Of a stretch of 64,000 nt of DNA, positions 1-10,276 are shown in pieces (positions within the stretch are counted from its first letter, which is position 1; each line of letters opens with the position of its first letter). The position numbers and the translations under genes are program-made. Location: assembly GCA_963693055.1 (NCBI GenBank), contig OY843751.1, positions 3,712,001-3,776,000 on the forward strand. The letters run 5' to 3'. The notes under the pieces are model-generated. The model saw only the letters and a list, made by a program, of their open reading frames with translations. It had not been told where the DNA came from and made no database searches. The stretch comes from a bacterium (lineage in GTDB: Bacteria > Zhuqueibacterota > Zhuqueibacteria > Residuimicrobiales > Krinioviventaceae).

Positions 1-2147
1 GCTTTGCTTAAACCATAAGCGGAACGTTCGCCCTGTGTTGTAATATTTTTGAGCTTTGCGCCCATCCACTCTACTATTTGCTCATCGGCTTGACCATCGG
101 CAATAACAGACAGCATCAATGGCAATTCTGGGATCTTGGCAATTGCTTTAAAAGCCGGTTTAACAACGCCAAAACTGTCCATTGCAAAATTCACAAATCC
201 CAGTTTTAGCGCGGGTGATGTATCTTTGACACGAAAATCATAATTTTGCGGATCCATAAATTGGGGATCTCCAAACGTGCTGTGCGTATCTATGTCATGT
301 TCCCTGGCATTTGCAAGCGTTTGCTCGTCCGCAAAAAGATTGTAATCAATCTCTTTGCCCCAACCCAACATGCGGTATTCCCGATGTTCTGCGGAGACAA
401 TATTTCTTCTGAATACATCACCGCTGTTTGCAAACCAAGCATGCGGATGAAATCCATTATTGACCATGATATTGTTTTCAACCGTACGGTAAAATCCCTC
501 ACGCAGCTTAATACCACCATTCAAACACAAATTGTTATAAAGGTGATAATTTGATGATCCGTCATCCAGGTCAATATCCCAGCCGTGATCACATCGAAAC
601 CGGTTATCATGAATGACCGTAGTGTTTACCGCATCCCAGTATGGCATTTCAGGATTGTTACTTGTAATTTCATCCATTTTATCACGGATCGGCAGCCAAA
701 ACCGGTCACGTCCCCAGGAGTTGAACGAACCATGATCACCGGTTTCCAGTACCGTATTGAACACATCATTATATTCAAGTACATGTCCGCCCCAGGTCCC
801 ATCTCCTATATTGATACCGGCACGCGGCACATCATATATCGAGTTGTGACTGATGGTAATCCCCATTGACATAGCAATCTGTACCCCGGCAGTTTGTTTC
901 TCTGTCCGGCCTGTACGGTGTATCAGATTATTATAAGCGATACAATCCTTTGGATACAGATCATTCTTTGGTCCCGGCTGGGTATCCATTTCTTCAAGCG
1001 GCACATATTCCTTATATTGAAAAGATGGTGAACGTACAGCAGAAGGCTCACCTACAAAAAGAATTCCGCTGGCACCGCAATCATGGATGTGGTTTCCGGA
1101 TATAGAAACATTACGATTATAGCCGCTTGTAAAAACAACATTGCCGCCCAAATTAACAAATTCACAATCCTCAATTGAACAATTCTCTGCTCCGGTAATA
1201 AAAACAGCGCCACCACGGTATATGGTCCAGTCACTGCGCAGCAACGGCTCATATTCCTCCATAAACGTACGCTGTGTATATTCAAAGGTGATATTGCTGA
1301 TCCTGATATTGCGAACCGGGCGTTCACGGCTGCCACTGATTTCGAGCAGGGACTTTAACACAATTCCTTCAAACACGGCAGAGCCCAAATCCAGATCCGT
1401 TACAGGCCAATAATATAACAAATGGGTATCCTTGTCCAAATACCACTCGCCCGGACTGTCAAGTTCTTCAAAAACGTTCTCTACCATTCGATATTTAGGA
1501 TGCAGTTCCGCATGGCGATTGTTCTGGTGCCCACCGGTTAAAATGGGTTTACCGTTTTCGTCCATACCGGTAATGATAAAATGATAATCCCCCCACTCTG
1601 CCTTGTGCATGGCGTTTACGATTATTCCAACAGGATTTTTCCAGGATTTCACACGCGCATCCGAATATGCATCAGCAGCGTGTCCCTGAAAATGGCCTCC
1701 ATTTTCATCATAATTGGGGTATCTTGCCAGAATCTGAATTTCCCCATTAACCACCAACTGGTCGAATGAAATATTCTCATTAACGGGTGCGACATAAACA
1801 TGTTGATCATATTTCTTCCAGGCAAGATCCAATACCATGGATCCTTTGATTTTCACACGCTTGGCATCCTGACCTGTGATTGTCAGATCACCCAATTCAG
1901 CAGGAATATGAACAAGCCTGTTCAAATGATACTCGCCGGGCATTAAATGAATGGTAATGGGACGCGTATCGCCTATTTTTCTAAACTCAAAAGCTTTAAG
2001 GATAGCTTTTTCGATATCTAAAAATGGTTCATTCTCTTTACCGGAATTACTATTATCGCCATTTGGAGAAACATAAATATCATTACTGTACAGAATTACG
2101 GGAAATATTAAAAGTATGAATAATAAACGAATGCTTTTCTTTTTCAT
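1..2147 (-). CDS. Secreted right-handed beta-helix protein, GH141-like (3' end runs off the window, probably into a PDZ-type C-terminus)
   Basis: Not in the ORF track because there is no stop inside the window. Read manually from ATG 2147: MKKKSIRLLFILLIFPVILYSNDIYVSPNGDNSNSG...VENVFEELDSPGEWY...ETGDHGSFNSWGRDRFW...WDIDLDDGSSNY...FGDPQFMDPQNYDFRVKDTSPALKLGF. Confidence 0.75.
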   Translation of the reverse strand, partial: MKKKSIRLLFILLIFPVILYSNDIYVSPNGDNSNSGKENEPFLDIEKAILKAFEFRKIGDTRPITIHLMPGEYHLNRLVHIPAELGDLTITGQDAKRVKIKGSMVLDLAWKKYDQHVYVAPVNENISFDQLVVNGEIQILARYPNYDENGGHFQGHAADAYSDARVKSWKNPVGIIVNAMHKAEWGDYHFIITGMDENGKPILTGGHQNNRHAELHPKYRMVENVFEELDSPGEWYLDKDTHLLYYWPVTDLDLGSAVFEGIVLKSLLEISGSRERPVRNIRISNITFEYTQRTFMEEYEPLLRSDWTIYRGGAVFITGAENCSIEDCEFVNLGGNVVFTSGYNRNVSISGNHIHDCGASGILFVGEPSAVRSPSFQYKEYVPLEEMDTQPGPKNDLYPKDCIAYNNLIHRTGRTEKQTAGVQIAMSMGITISHNSIYDVPRAGINIGDGTWGGHVLEYNDVFNTVLETGDHGSFNSWGRDRFWLPIRDKMDEITSNNPEMPYWDAVNTTVIHDNRFRCDHGWDIDLDDGSSNYHLYNNLCLNGGIKLREGFYRTVENNIMVNNGFHPHAWFANSGDVFRRNIVSAEHREYRMLGWGKEIDYNLFADEQTLANAREHDIDTHSTFGDPQFMDPQNYDFRVKDTSPALKLGFVNFAMDSFGVVKPAFKAIAKIPELPLMLSVIADGQADEQIVEWMGAKLKNITTQGERSAYGLSK

Positions 2148-2263
2148 GTTTTCCGAATCCTTGCAATAGTCATTTAACTGAATGGGTTTAGAAAATCAAA
2201 TCGGGTATGCTTTATAAATGAATCGGTATCATTCTCGGTATTAGCCGGAGTAAAGTAAAAAAT

Positions 2264-2388
2264 TTACTCGTTCCGATCCACCAGCTGGTAGATCGGATTG
2301 AGTAACTATTCGTACCCAAGTTAAGCCAGGGTACGAGAAATAAAAAAGGCCGGTAGAAAAAAGTTAGAACAACGGGACAAATGTCCCG
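2264..2388 (-). other. Cluster of three intergenic hairpins (terminator/attenuator-like or structured RNA)
   Basis: Inverted repeats at 2264-2305, 2310-2336 (TCGTACCC/GGGTACGA) and 2373-2388 (CGGGACA/TGTCCCG). On the minus strand the longest one is followed by a U-rich run. Confidence 0.5.
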
Positions 2389-2439
2389 ATTAATATTACA
2401 CGAGGCATGAATATGCATCGCTATCATTTAAATAAAAAC

Positions 2440-3600
2440 CTACTTCCACTGAATAAGCACGCTCTTGGCCGTTTGAGCATCTGATGCAATAATCACCAAA
2501 TCATCCGTCACATTATGCTTGGGACCGGTGGCATTGTTCAATGGTGCATCGATGGCAATCTCTGCGGGTCCGAAATCAATCACATCCGCATCAGATTTGC
2601 GTACTTTGATTTTATGATGTAAAGAGTAAAACAGCAATACATCATTCGTTAGCTCGTTCAGGCAGATAATCCCACGGGTGCCTTCATCGTCTACATACAC
2701 CAAATCATCCCAGGTGCCGTTAGAATGGCGGCGTAGAAACGCAATCTTTGGATACCCTTTTGTGTCATAACTGGTTTTGACAGATACGAAAAGCGTTCCA
2801 TCATTAGCTACACACATATTTAAATGATCATCGGCCATACCATCACCAATTTCATCCAGCGCGGATTGAGAAGCGGGCTGCTCGTCCACAGACCAGGTTT
2901 GAGGAACGTCTCCGTCTTTATGCACGCGGAAACCAAAGCGTTTGGTATCTTGATTAGACCACAATACGGCAATCTTTTTACCGGGCAATGCAGTTAACGC
3001 GCAAATATCATCTTTATAAATATCATTTGCAAGAGGAACAGGAATACTCCATTTTGTATACGGAGCGTCACTACAAATCACCATCACATCATGCAGGGTA
3101 TCAAATGCGCTCCAAAGACGACCGTTAGAATCCATGTCCATAGATGCGGCTTCAGTATCCGGGTGATAGGTAATTGGCGAGATTTCCGGTCTTTGCTCCC
3201 ACATTTTATAATTACCGGAAGCTTTATCATATTGGACAGATACCAGACCTGAATGTTCTCCCCTGAACAGCAGAATATGCACCAGATCATTAACAGATTT
3301 CACATCAGCGTGACTGTCGGTCCATTCTGCAATGCGCAATGCCTTTTGCCATTGCGTAGCGTTTAATTTCCAGATAAACGTGCCTTCAGAATCCGGTAAA
3401 ACCGCCCACCAAGTATTGTCATATTTCCAGACCTTGGATTGTGGCTTGAATTCGGTATTGGCAGAAATCTTGACCGGTTCCAGATCAGTGATCTTGTATT
3501 CCATCTTTTGAGGGCCGGCAGAGCAATTTAAAAACAACAATGCAGCTAAAATTCCTGATAAAATATAAGACACGAAAATTTTTGTACTTTTCAACTTCAT
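2440..3600 (-). CDS. Hypothetical secreted/lipoprotein, probably a beta-propeller
   Basis: 386-aa ORF; signal peptide ending LFLNC; Trp/Asp-rich repeated beta segments. Confidence 0.6.
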   Translation of the reverse strand: MKLKSTKIFVSYILSGILAALLFLNCSAGPQKMEYKITDLEPVKISANTEFKPQSKVWKYDNTWWAVLPDSEGTFIWKLNATQWQKALRIAEWTDSHADVKSVNDLVHILLFRGEHSGLVSVQYDKASGNYKMWEQRPEISPITYHPDTEAASMDMDSNGRLWSAFDTLHDVMVICSDAPYTKWSIPVPLANDIYKDDICALTALPGKKIAVLWSNQDTKRFGFRVHKDGDVPQTWSVDEQPASQSALDEIGDGMADDHLNMCVANDGTLFVSVKTSYDTKGYPKIAFLRRHSNGTWDDLVYVDDEGTRGIICLNELTNDVLLFYSLHHKIKVRKSDADVIDFGPAEIAIDAPLNNATGPKHNVTDDLVIIASDAQTAKSVLIQWK

Positions 3601-3662
3601 AATGTCATTCCCTTTAGTTAATACTATTGACTACAAGATATAAAATCAGACAGAAATCTGAT

Positions 3663-5708
3663 TTATTTATTCATACGTTTATAGGTGATCAATTGTGAAC
3701 CGGGATTATCAAGGATACGGATTTCAATTCCGTTTTTTAATTCACGCCCGGATTTTGTGCAAATTGCTCCATTATTTTCATAACACAGTTCATAATCACT
3801 ATCGTCTTCCAATCCCTGCAATGATATTGAATGTTCAATATCATTACATCTGGGACGGCGAAAGACCAGAACCATTCCGGTTCCATCCTCTTTTTGATGA
3901 AACTGATACGCCATCCATCTGTCATGACGGGTAGAGTACTCTGTCAATGGAAAAAAATCACCCTCAAAATTGGGTCTGATCTTTTTATATTCATCATAGA
4001 TGAATCTGGCTTTATCTTGAGGAAAATTGTTTTCATACAAATTCCATCCCGTTACCATTGATGCTGAATAGGTACTGCGGGCCACATACATATCCTGTAC
4101 GGTACTACCGGTCCCATGCTGAGGAAAATAAAAAGACAATCCGTATGTATGGTTCTGACGGCCAGTGGGCTCGGTGTAATTGTAATCCGAACGCCACAGA
4201 GCCACACTGCGCGAAATCATCTCGAGGTCCAAACGCCTGCCGCCGCTGGCACAATTGTCAATCACCAGTCCGGGATGCCGTTCCAGTAACTCGTCCCAAA
4301 AGGCATACAGTCCTTCAATATGACGGATTTCAGTCATACCCTGTCGGTCAGGTGCGTCAAGAGAGCGCCAATAGTCCAGGGGACGAATATTAAAATCCTG
4401 CCGATACAGATCAACACCGTTTTCTTCAATCAGTGTAGAGATCAGATCGGTCATCCACTGTCGTGCCTCCCGTATGCCGAGATTGAAAATACCATTGCTG
4501 TCGTCAGGATTGCGTTTGATGACCCATTCGGGATGTTCCGTATCTACCCACGTGCCTTTGTATACACGCTCCGGTTCAAACCAGAGAATAAATTTGAGCC
4601 CCATCTCTTCAACCGCGTCTGCCACCGGTTTCAAGCCGTTGGGGAAATGCTCTTTACGGATGTACCAGTTGCCCACATTCTGGTGCCAGGTACCTTTTTG
4701 AAAATCCATACTGCCATACCAGCCGGCATCTATCCACCAATACTCGGCCTGCAGTCCAAATTGTTGATAGCGTTCTGCCAGTGCGATCATGTTGTGCTCT
4801 GTAGCCAGTGTAAACTCTTCAAACATGAACGCGCCTCCATTGCACGCCAACGGACCGGTATAAGGTTTACCCTCCAGTTGCGGAGTATGATGAGCCAAAA
4901 CAAACTGTCTAAACAGGTTGTGACCGCGCATACGATCATCTCCCTGCCAGAATAGCAGTAATATCCTCGGGGTACGGATGCATTCACCGGGATACAAAAC
5001 GAGATGTGTTTTTTCCATACCGGCGCTGAATTCAACACCCTTTTCATCTTTTCTGCTAAAAACGGATTGCCACTGTCCGGTCCAGCCAACCGCAGCCATA
5101 ACGCCCCGGTCTCCTGCCTGCAGATTAAAAAACGGTAACGCAGTCTCATCGGATGAACGTCCGCCTTTTGGGGCCAGTACCAACTCGGAATGGGGTTTTA
5201 GTTCATTCTTTAACGGGGCAAAATCATTTTCTCCATGATTGCTGCCTAATGCGTGGTGTAATACAAATTCATTGCGGTCATTAAAAAGCTGCAAATCCGC
5301 GGCCTGAATATTCTCCAGAACTGGCGTGTTACTTGTGCCGGTGTTTTCAAACTCAAGCACCCACTCTACCGCTGGGAAATCCGCATACACATCCGCGCTA
5401 CAATGAATGACGAGCCCGGTTTTGGGATCTTTAAAAGTAAGGATATATTTTGAAATATTGTTACCGGCTTTAGCTTTATCAAACAAAAGCTGCCAGTCCT
5501 TCAAAAATGCATCAGATGCCTGATTATCATATTGAAATGAGAAAAACGGGGTCAATTCTGTTGACAGATGATCAGCAACCCACTGTTCAAGCATTTCTTT
5601 TTCAGCTTTGGAATAATTGTTCTCTGCCGCCGTTCCCGAAGACACAAAACCAATAGACAATACAACCAGAACTACAAAAATCATGCAACTGCGAATTCGA
5701 TCAGACAT
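3663..5708 (-). CDS. Alpha-galactosidase, GH36-like
   Basis: Motifs WWIDAGWY, ILWFEPERV, YRQDFN, IDNCASGGRRLD; signal peptide from MSDRIRS (start 5708 preferred over 5747). Confidence 0.85.
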   Translation of the reverse strand: MSDRIRSCMIFVVLVVLSIGFVSSGTAAENNYSKAEKEMLEQWVADHLSTELTPFFSFQYDNQASDAFLKDWQLLFDKAKAGNNISKYILTFKDPKTGLVIHCSADVYADFPAVEWVLEFENTGTSNTPVLENIQAADLQLFNDRNEFVLHHALGSNHGENDFAPLKNELKPHSELVLAPKGGRSSDETALPFFNLQAGDRGVMAAVGWTGQWQSVFSRKDEKGVEFSAGMEKTHLVLYPGECIRTPRILLLFWQGDDRMRGHNLFRQFVLAHHTPQLEGKPYTGPLACNGGAFMFEEFTLATEHNMIALAERYQQFGLQAEYWWIDAGWYGSMDFQKGTWHQNVGNWYIRKEHFPNGLKPVADAVEEMGLKFILWFEPERVYKGTWVDTEHPEWVIKRNPDDSNGIFNLGIREARQWMTDLISTLIEENGVDLYRQDFNIRPLDYWRSLDAPDRQGMTEIRHIEGLYAFWDELLERHPGLVIDNCASGGRRLDLEMISRSVALWRSDYNYTEPTGRQNHTYGLSFYFPQHGTGSTVQDMYVARSTYSASMVTGWNLYENNFPQDKARFIYDEYKKIRPNFEGDFFPLTEYSTRHDRWMAYQFHQKEDGTGMVLVFRRPRCNDIEHSISLQGLEDDSDYELCYENNGAICTKSGRELKNGIEIRILDNPGSQLITYKRMNK

Positions 5709-5774
5709 GCTTTTTCCTTTTCTAAATAAAAAACTGCCGATGTACAAGATCCTTTATTATTAAAAGATCATATC

Positions 5775-6572
5775 TCAAGGTAATGCATCAATTTGTTTAT
5801 ACAATAATTGCAAAGTTTCCTGCTCATTTGTTAAACTATCAGCCAATATATAATCCCAAAATGCTGTATTCAGACTGTCCTTACCGTTAAACAGTCGTTC
5901 AACAGTTCCATTCTTGATTTCACGGTTAAACAGTTTATTCAATCGTTCACGATCTACTTGTTCCAGACGTTCAATATGATTTTCTCTCAATCTAAAAAAT
6001 GGAGATTGACTTTCCCAGTGACTACTTTCAATTTTATTATATAAATCAATTGTTGTCAATATCCAATCATTGGTATTTATATCGGAAAACACTTTAGCCA
6101 GTCGTTTATAATAACCATAATAATTTTTTTCTATTTTAATTGGTCCCATATGCTCTACTGAATCAGGTCTAATATTGGTCCAATTCGAAAAGGGGCCCCA
6201 ATATATTCTTGTCTCAGTAGTAAAAGTATTTTCAAACCAAACACCAAATGAATAAATATAGTGCCATTTCAAAAAGACAATAGAAAAAACTAAAATATAA
6301 ATAACGTTGGTGATTACTTTTCCTTTTAGGTTATTTGTATATTGGAATGCCAGCTTTATCATTCCATAAATTAATAAATAAGAAACAATAATTATAAAAA
6401 TATCTAACCAATAATTAAATATTGTTTCTTTGGCAGAACCGGAGGATATTCGGCTACAAGTAACAACTTTATAAAGAATAAAAAAGCCCGGTATATACAA
6501 ATAAGTATGGATCAAATAGACAATAGCTAAAGTAATTCTGAAAATGGTTCTCTTTTGAATCTTTTTACTCAC
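5775..6572 (-). CDS. Hypothetical membrane protein (AT-rich)
   Basis: 265 aa; about three N-terminal TM segments and a soluble C-terminal part. Confidence 0.6.
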   Translation of the reverse strand: MSKKIQKRTIFRITLAIVYLIHTYLYIPGFFILYKVVTCSRISSGSAKETIFNYWLDIFIIIVSYLLIYGMIKLAFQYTNNLKGKVITNVIYILVFSIVFLKWHYIYSFGVWFENTFTTETRIYWGPFSNWTNIRPDSVEHMGPIKIEKNYYGYYKRLAKVFSDINTNDWILTTIDLYNKIESSHWESQSPFFRLRENHIERLEQVDRERLNKLFNREIKNGTVERLFNGKDSLNTAFWDYILADSLTNEQETLQLLYKQIDALP

Positions 6573-6617
6573 TATTTTGTTGATCCAAATTCATTTATGT
6601 ATAATTTTTATTAATAA

Positions 6618-7229
6618 TCAGGCTTTGAATCTATATAGACAAAAACGGTACAAAAACCAAAAGAATACGCCCTGACTGATCAAAAAATAAACCAACATAA
6701 CCTGATAAAAGACGGGTGAATGTTCAGTCATGAATCCGGTAAAATAATAACGTCCAAATTCAATCAGTACCATTAATGCTTTTAATATTTGCAAACCCAG
6801 TACTATTGTTAAAAAATTTGCTGATTTAATAAATGTGCTTTCAACATCAGGTATTTGCTTTTTATAAAGTATTAACACAATAAAGAACAAAAAAGAATCA
6901 ATAAAACCAAAACCTAATCCCAAAAACCTGCTGTCCATTGGACCTAATACTTTGATAACAAACGGTAAATGTAGCAATAAAGTTACCAGATAGCAGGCTA
7001 TCAATGCTTTAAACCAATTTTTCAAAGATCTGTAAGGTGTTTGATCAAGAAAGAATAAAATCAAAAAAACAAAAACAACTATTCTCGACAACAATGACAA
7101 AATTTTAGTAATACTGGCAACGCCCGAACTCTCGAATAATACAGGTGCAAAACTATGGCCCAGCTTGTTTAATACTGTATAAACGATAACAATCATGAAT
7201 GTAATAGTTATATTTTTTAAATTCATCAC
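6618..7229 (-). CDS. Hypothetical integral membrane protein (AT-rich)
   Basis: 203 aa; about six hydrophobic segments. Confidence 0.6.
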   Translation of the reverse strand: MMNLKNITITFMIVIVYTVLNKLGHSFAPVLFESSGVASITKILSLLSRIVVFVFLILFFLDQTPYRSLKNWFKALIACYLVTLLLHLPFVIKVLGPMDSRFLGLGFGFIDSFLFFIVLILYKKQIPDVESTFIKSANFLTIVLGLQILKALMVLIEFGRYYFTGFMTEHSPVFYQVMLVYFLISQGVFFWFLYRFCLYRFKA

Positions 7230-7284
7230 ATCCCCTTTTTAAAATATAAAGCGACATTTTAAGTTTTACACCTGGCAAATGAGT

Positions 7285-8082
7285 TTATTCGTTCAAATTT
7301 TCCCGGATAAACTCTGGTCGATTGGTAGTAATAGAGCCCGCGCCCCAAGTCTTGAAGCGATTGGCTATATCCGTGTCGTCCACCGTCCATACATGGTATT
7401 CGTACCCTGCATTTTTGACAGCATCGATAAAATCTTTTTCAATCAGCTTATGGCTTGAACTGAATCCCGTTGCTTTAATATCTTTTAATGTCGCCAGTAC
7501 AGATTCTAATGTGGGCGTAACAACTCCATTTTCTTCTTTGAATCCACTCAACCAGTTTGCTTTGTACTGGGGTGCTTTTTCACGCATTGCCTTGATCACA
7601 GATTCATTGAAAGAAATGATAACAATCTGTTCGTCTTTTAATCCTGATTTCTCAAACTCTTTTAACATAGAAGGAATGATCTCGGGACCACATTTAATCT
7701 CTACATAGATCATTTTCCCATCGGGTACAACCTCCAGAACCTGTTTCAAGGTAGGAATACGGGTACCTTTGAATTTCTCATCTTTCCAGGCACCTGCATC
7801 CAGATCGCGTAACTGATCATAGCTGCATTCCTTAATCTCCAGATCAACACCGGTTACACGTTTGATATTACCATCATGGAAACAGACGATCTTGCCATCT
7901 GTAGTCAGGTAAAAATCGCCTTCAATGGCATCTGCATTTTTTTGCCATGCGAGTTCAAAAGCAGGGATGGTATTTTCAGGCGCGTCATGAGATGCACCAC
8001 GATGCGCTACAATAAGCGGCTCGCTGGCCAAAGCTGTTATGGTAAAAAATAAAACAAAGAATAAAATACTCGTTTTTTTCAT
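7285..8082 (-). CDS. Secreted glycerophosphodiester phosphodiesterase (GDPD family)
   Basis: AHRGAS..APENT..AF, IEGD, HD, VEIK, WTVD, ITTNRP motifs; signal peptide from MKKTSILFF with GGGAGAG RBS. Confidence 0.9.
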   Translation of the reverse strand: MKKTSILFFVLFFTITALASEPLIVAHRGASHDAPENTIPAFELAWQKNADAIEGDFYLTTDGKIVCFHDGNIKRVTGVDLEIKECSYDQLRDLDAGAWKDEKFKGTRIPTLKQVLEVVPDGKMIYVEIKCGPEIIPSMLKEFEKSGLKDEQIVIISFNESVIKAMREKAPQYKANWLSGFKEENGVVTPTLESVLATLKDIKATGFSSSHKLIEKDFIDAVKNAGYEYHVWTVDDTDIANRFKTWGAGSITTNRPEFIRENLNE

Positions 8083-8188
8083 GTGAGGTCTCTCCCGTAT
8101 ATGTACAATATCATAGAGCATTACAATAAAAGCAATTCCATATAAATAAGCAAATACAATCATCCGAAACTGACAGAAAAATAAAAAT

Positions 8189-9619
8189 CAGGACACCCCC
8201 GAAAAATCACAAATCATATTACTGTAAGTAATAAAAAATAATGGAGATAGAAGCAAAAAAAGCTTGTAAAAATAAAAAAAGGTTGCCTCATTATAGTTGA
8301 CAGACCATAATATAGGAGGCAACCCATGGACATCACAAAACGAGTCCAAGTAAAACTTAATCAAGTGACAGCGAAATATCAAGCAGAATTCAACCGACCG
8401 GACTATAAATTTATCAGAGACATGCATTATGGGATATTATGCTCGGGACATGTACATTTAAATAAAATCGCATCAACCCTAAAGGAAGAGACGAGCCTAA
8501 AAAAGACAACAGAACGAATGTCAAACCATCTGGGCCGACCAGGATTTGACAGAGAATTAACCATTAGTCATCTGAAAATAAATAAGAGGAGATTTTCAGA
8601 TTCCAGATATTTGATAGCAGATATGAGTGATATAATAAAGCCTTATGCGGAAAAGATGGAAGGGCTTGATCGTGTTTATGATGGCAGCACCAAAGAACTG
8701 GGAAATGGATATTGGCAACTGAATATCATTGGAGTTGATAAAACCGGAACATCCATCATGCCGCTGGTGAGTACGCTTTGGGCGACGGATCAGGAAGAAG
8801 GCAAAGGTATTTCAGAGAACAAGAAAATCCTCGAATCCGTGGACACGATTCGAGAACATATTCATGGAGAACAGATAGTTGTTTATGATCGCGGAGGTGA
8901 TCGTAGCAAACTGATGAACAAATGGATTAAGCAAAAACAACACTTTATAATACGGCAAACCGGGTACCGGGATATATTTGTTCAAGGAGTAAAGAAGAAT
9001 TTAAAGAAATATGCCGAAAAAATCCGTCCCAGTACTGAAATTACCGTGCAGAAAAAACGCCGGAACAGGCTGATAAAGCGATGTTTTCAATGCGGTGCCC
9101 GTAAAGTATATCTGCCAAAGCAGTATGGGGATGGCCCAATGGATACCGGATTATGGCTGATTTCAGTCACTGAACCTGGCAAAGGCAAAAGCTGGTTTTT
9201 AAGCTTTATACCGGCAGAGACTGAACGTGAGGCCATAGAGATTACCATGGAAGGCTATGGTTACCGGTGGAAAATTGAAGAGGTACATCGTCAAATAAAA
9301 AATGATTATCATCTTGAAGACATTTGCCTTAAAAGGTATGTTGCGCTAAAAAATTTTAATGCCCTGTTTTGGAATGTCATGAGTTTTATCTATTGTCATT
9401 TGGATAATATTTGTTTACATATTTTAGATCAATCTCAAGCTCCGTTGGTGTATAGAAGGAAATTAAACGAGTTTATTGGGTTTGTTTATTATAAACTGGC
9501 AAAGGCATTAAGGATCATTTTACCCAATATAAAGCTCAGAAAATTAAAGTGTAATAATCATGCCGGTGACAAAAACCAATTGTTTTTAGCCCTCGAATAA
9601 AAAAATCGGGGGTACCCTG
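8189..9619 (+). mobile_element. Complete IS4-family insertion sequence (1431 bp)
   Basis: Left end CAGGACACCCCCGA vs reverse complement of right end CAGGGTACCCCCGA (12/14 match); flanked by perfect 12-bp direct repeat AAAAATAAAAAT at 8177-8188 and 9620-9631; single transposase ORF. Confidence 0.9.
8326..9600 (+). CDS. DDE transposase, IS4 family
   Basis: IADMSD, VVYDRGGD and YGYRWKIEEVHRQIK (YREK signature); GGAGG RBS. Confidence 0.9.
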   Translation: MDITKRVQVKLNQVTAKYQAEFNRPDYKFIRDMHYGILCSGHVHLNKIASTLKEETSLKKTTERMSNHLGRPGFDRELTISHLKINKRRFSDSRYLIADMSDIIKPYAEKMEGLDRVYDGSTKELGNGYWQLNIIGVDKTGTSIMPLVSTLWATDQEEGKGISENKKILESVDTIREHIHGEQIVVYDRGGDRSKLMNKWIKQKQHFIIRQTGYRDIFVQGVKKNLKKYAEKIRPSTEITVQKKRRNRLIKRCFQCGARKVYLPKQYGDGPMDTGLWLISVTEPGKGKSWFLSFIPAETEREAIEITMEGYGYRWKIEEVHRQIKNDYHLEDICLKRYVALKNFNALFWNVMSFIYCHLDNICLHILDQSQAPLVYRRKLNEFIGFVYYKLAKALRIILPNIKLRKLKCNNHAGDKNQLFLALE

Positions 9620-9634
9620 AAAAATAAAAATATC

Positions 9635-9663
9635 TTGAAATTCGCTAAAATAGATCGTATTAT
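9635..9663 (+). promoter_or_regulatory. Sigma70-type promoter for the deaminase/oxidoreductase genes
   Basis: TTGAAA-17 bp-TATTAT just outside the right target duplication. Confidence 0.5.
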
Positions 9664-9718
9664 ATTAAATGCTCAATTCATAAAAAACGATTATATTCAC
9701 AACTACTCTGGAAGTATT

Positions 9719-10276
9719 ATGCAGTATATTGAAAAAAAACAGCTTTTTTTACCGGAATGGATTAAAGATATAAACACATCATCTCCTCTGAATACAGATA
9801 AAGCTAAAATGGAATTTTGTATTGACCTGGCAAACCGGAATATTAAAAACAATACCGGTGGACCTTTTGGCGCTGCCGTTTTTAATATGAAAACCGATGA
9901 ATTGATATCCTTGGGGGTCAATGTAGTGGTAGAACAAACCTGTTCATCCGCTCATGCCGAAGTAATGGCGTTAACCCTTGCGCAGGAACAAATTAAAAGC
10001 CATCGACTTGAACCAACAGATTATGTTATTTTCTCATCCGCTCAACCCTGCATCATGTGCTTTGGAGCGGTCATGTGGTCTGGCGTTAAAAAACTGGTAT
10101 TTGGAGCAACCAAAGCAGATGTGGAATCTATAACCGGATTTGATGAAGGTCCAGCTATACCCAATTGGGACAAAGAGCTAATAAGTCGCAATATTGAGGT
10201 TGTATCCGGGTATATGAGAAAAGAAGCATGTACGGTTTTAACAGACTATAAAACCATGAACGGAATCATATACTAA
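9719..10276 (+). CDS. Zn-dependent nucleoside/nucleobase deaminase (cytidine-deaminase fold, GuaD/TadA-like)
   Basis: GGPFGAAV, AHAEV and PCIMC motifs; ATG 9719 preferred over TTG 9635. Confidence 0.85.
   Translation: MQYIEKKQLFLPEWIKDINTSSPLNTDKAKMEFCIDLANRNIKNNTGGPFGAAVFNMKTDELISLGVNVVVEQTCSSAHAEVMALTLAQEQIKSHRLEPTDYVIFSSAQPCIMCFGAVMWSGVKKLVFGATKADVESITGFDEGPAIPNWDKELISRNIEVVSGYMRKEACTVLTDYKTMNGIIY

Noticed and set aside
246-1769. Short ORFs listed in the track
   Set aside because: Shadows of the long minus-strand GH141-like gene at 1-2147. The same applies to the many short antisense or nested ORFs inside long genes throughout the window.
9635-9718. N-terminal extension of the deaminase from TTG 9635
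   Set aside because: That TTG is the -35 box of a well-spaced promoter; ATG 9719 is more plausible.
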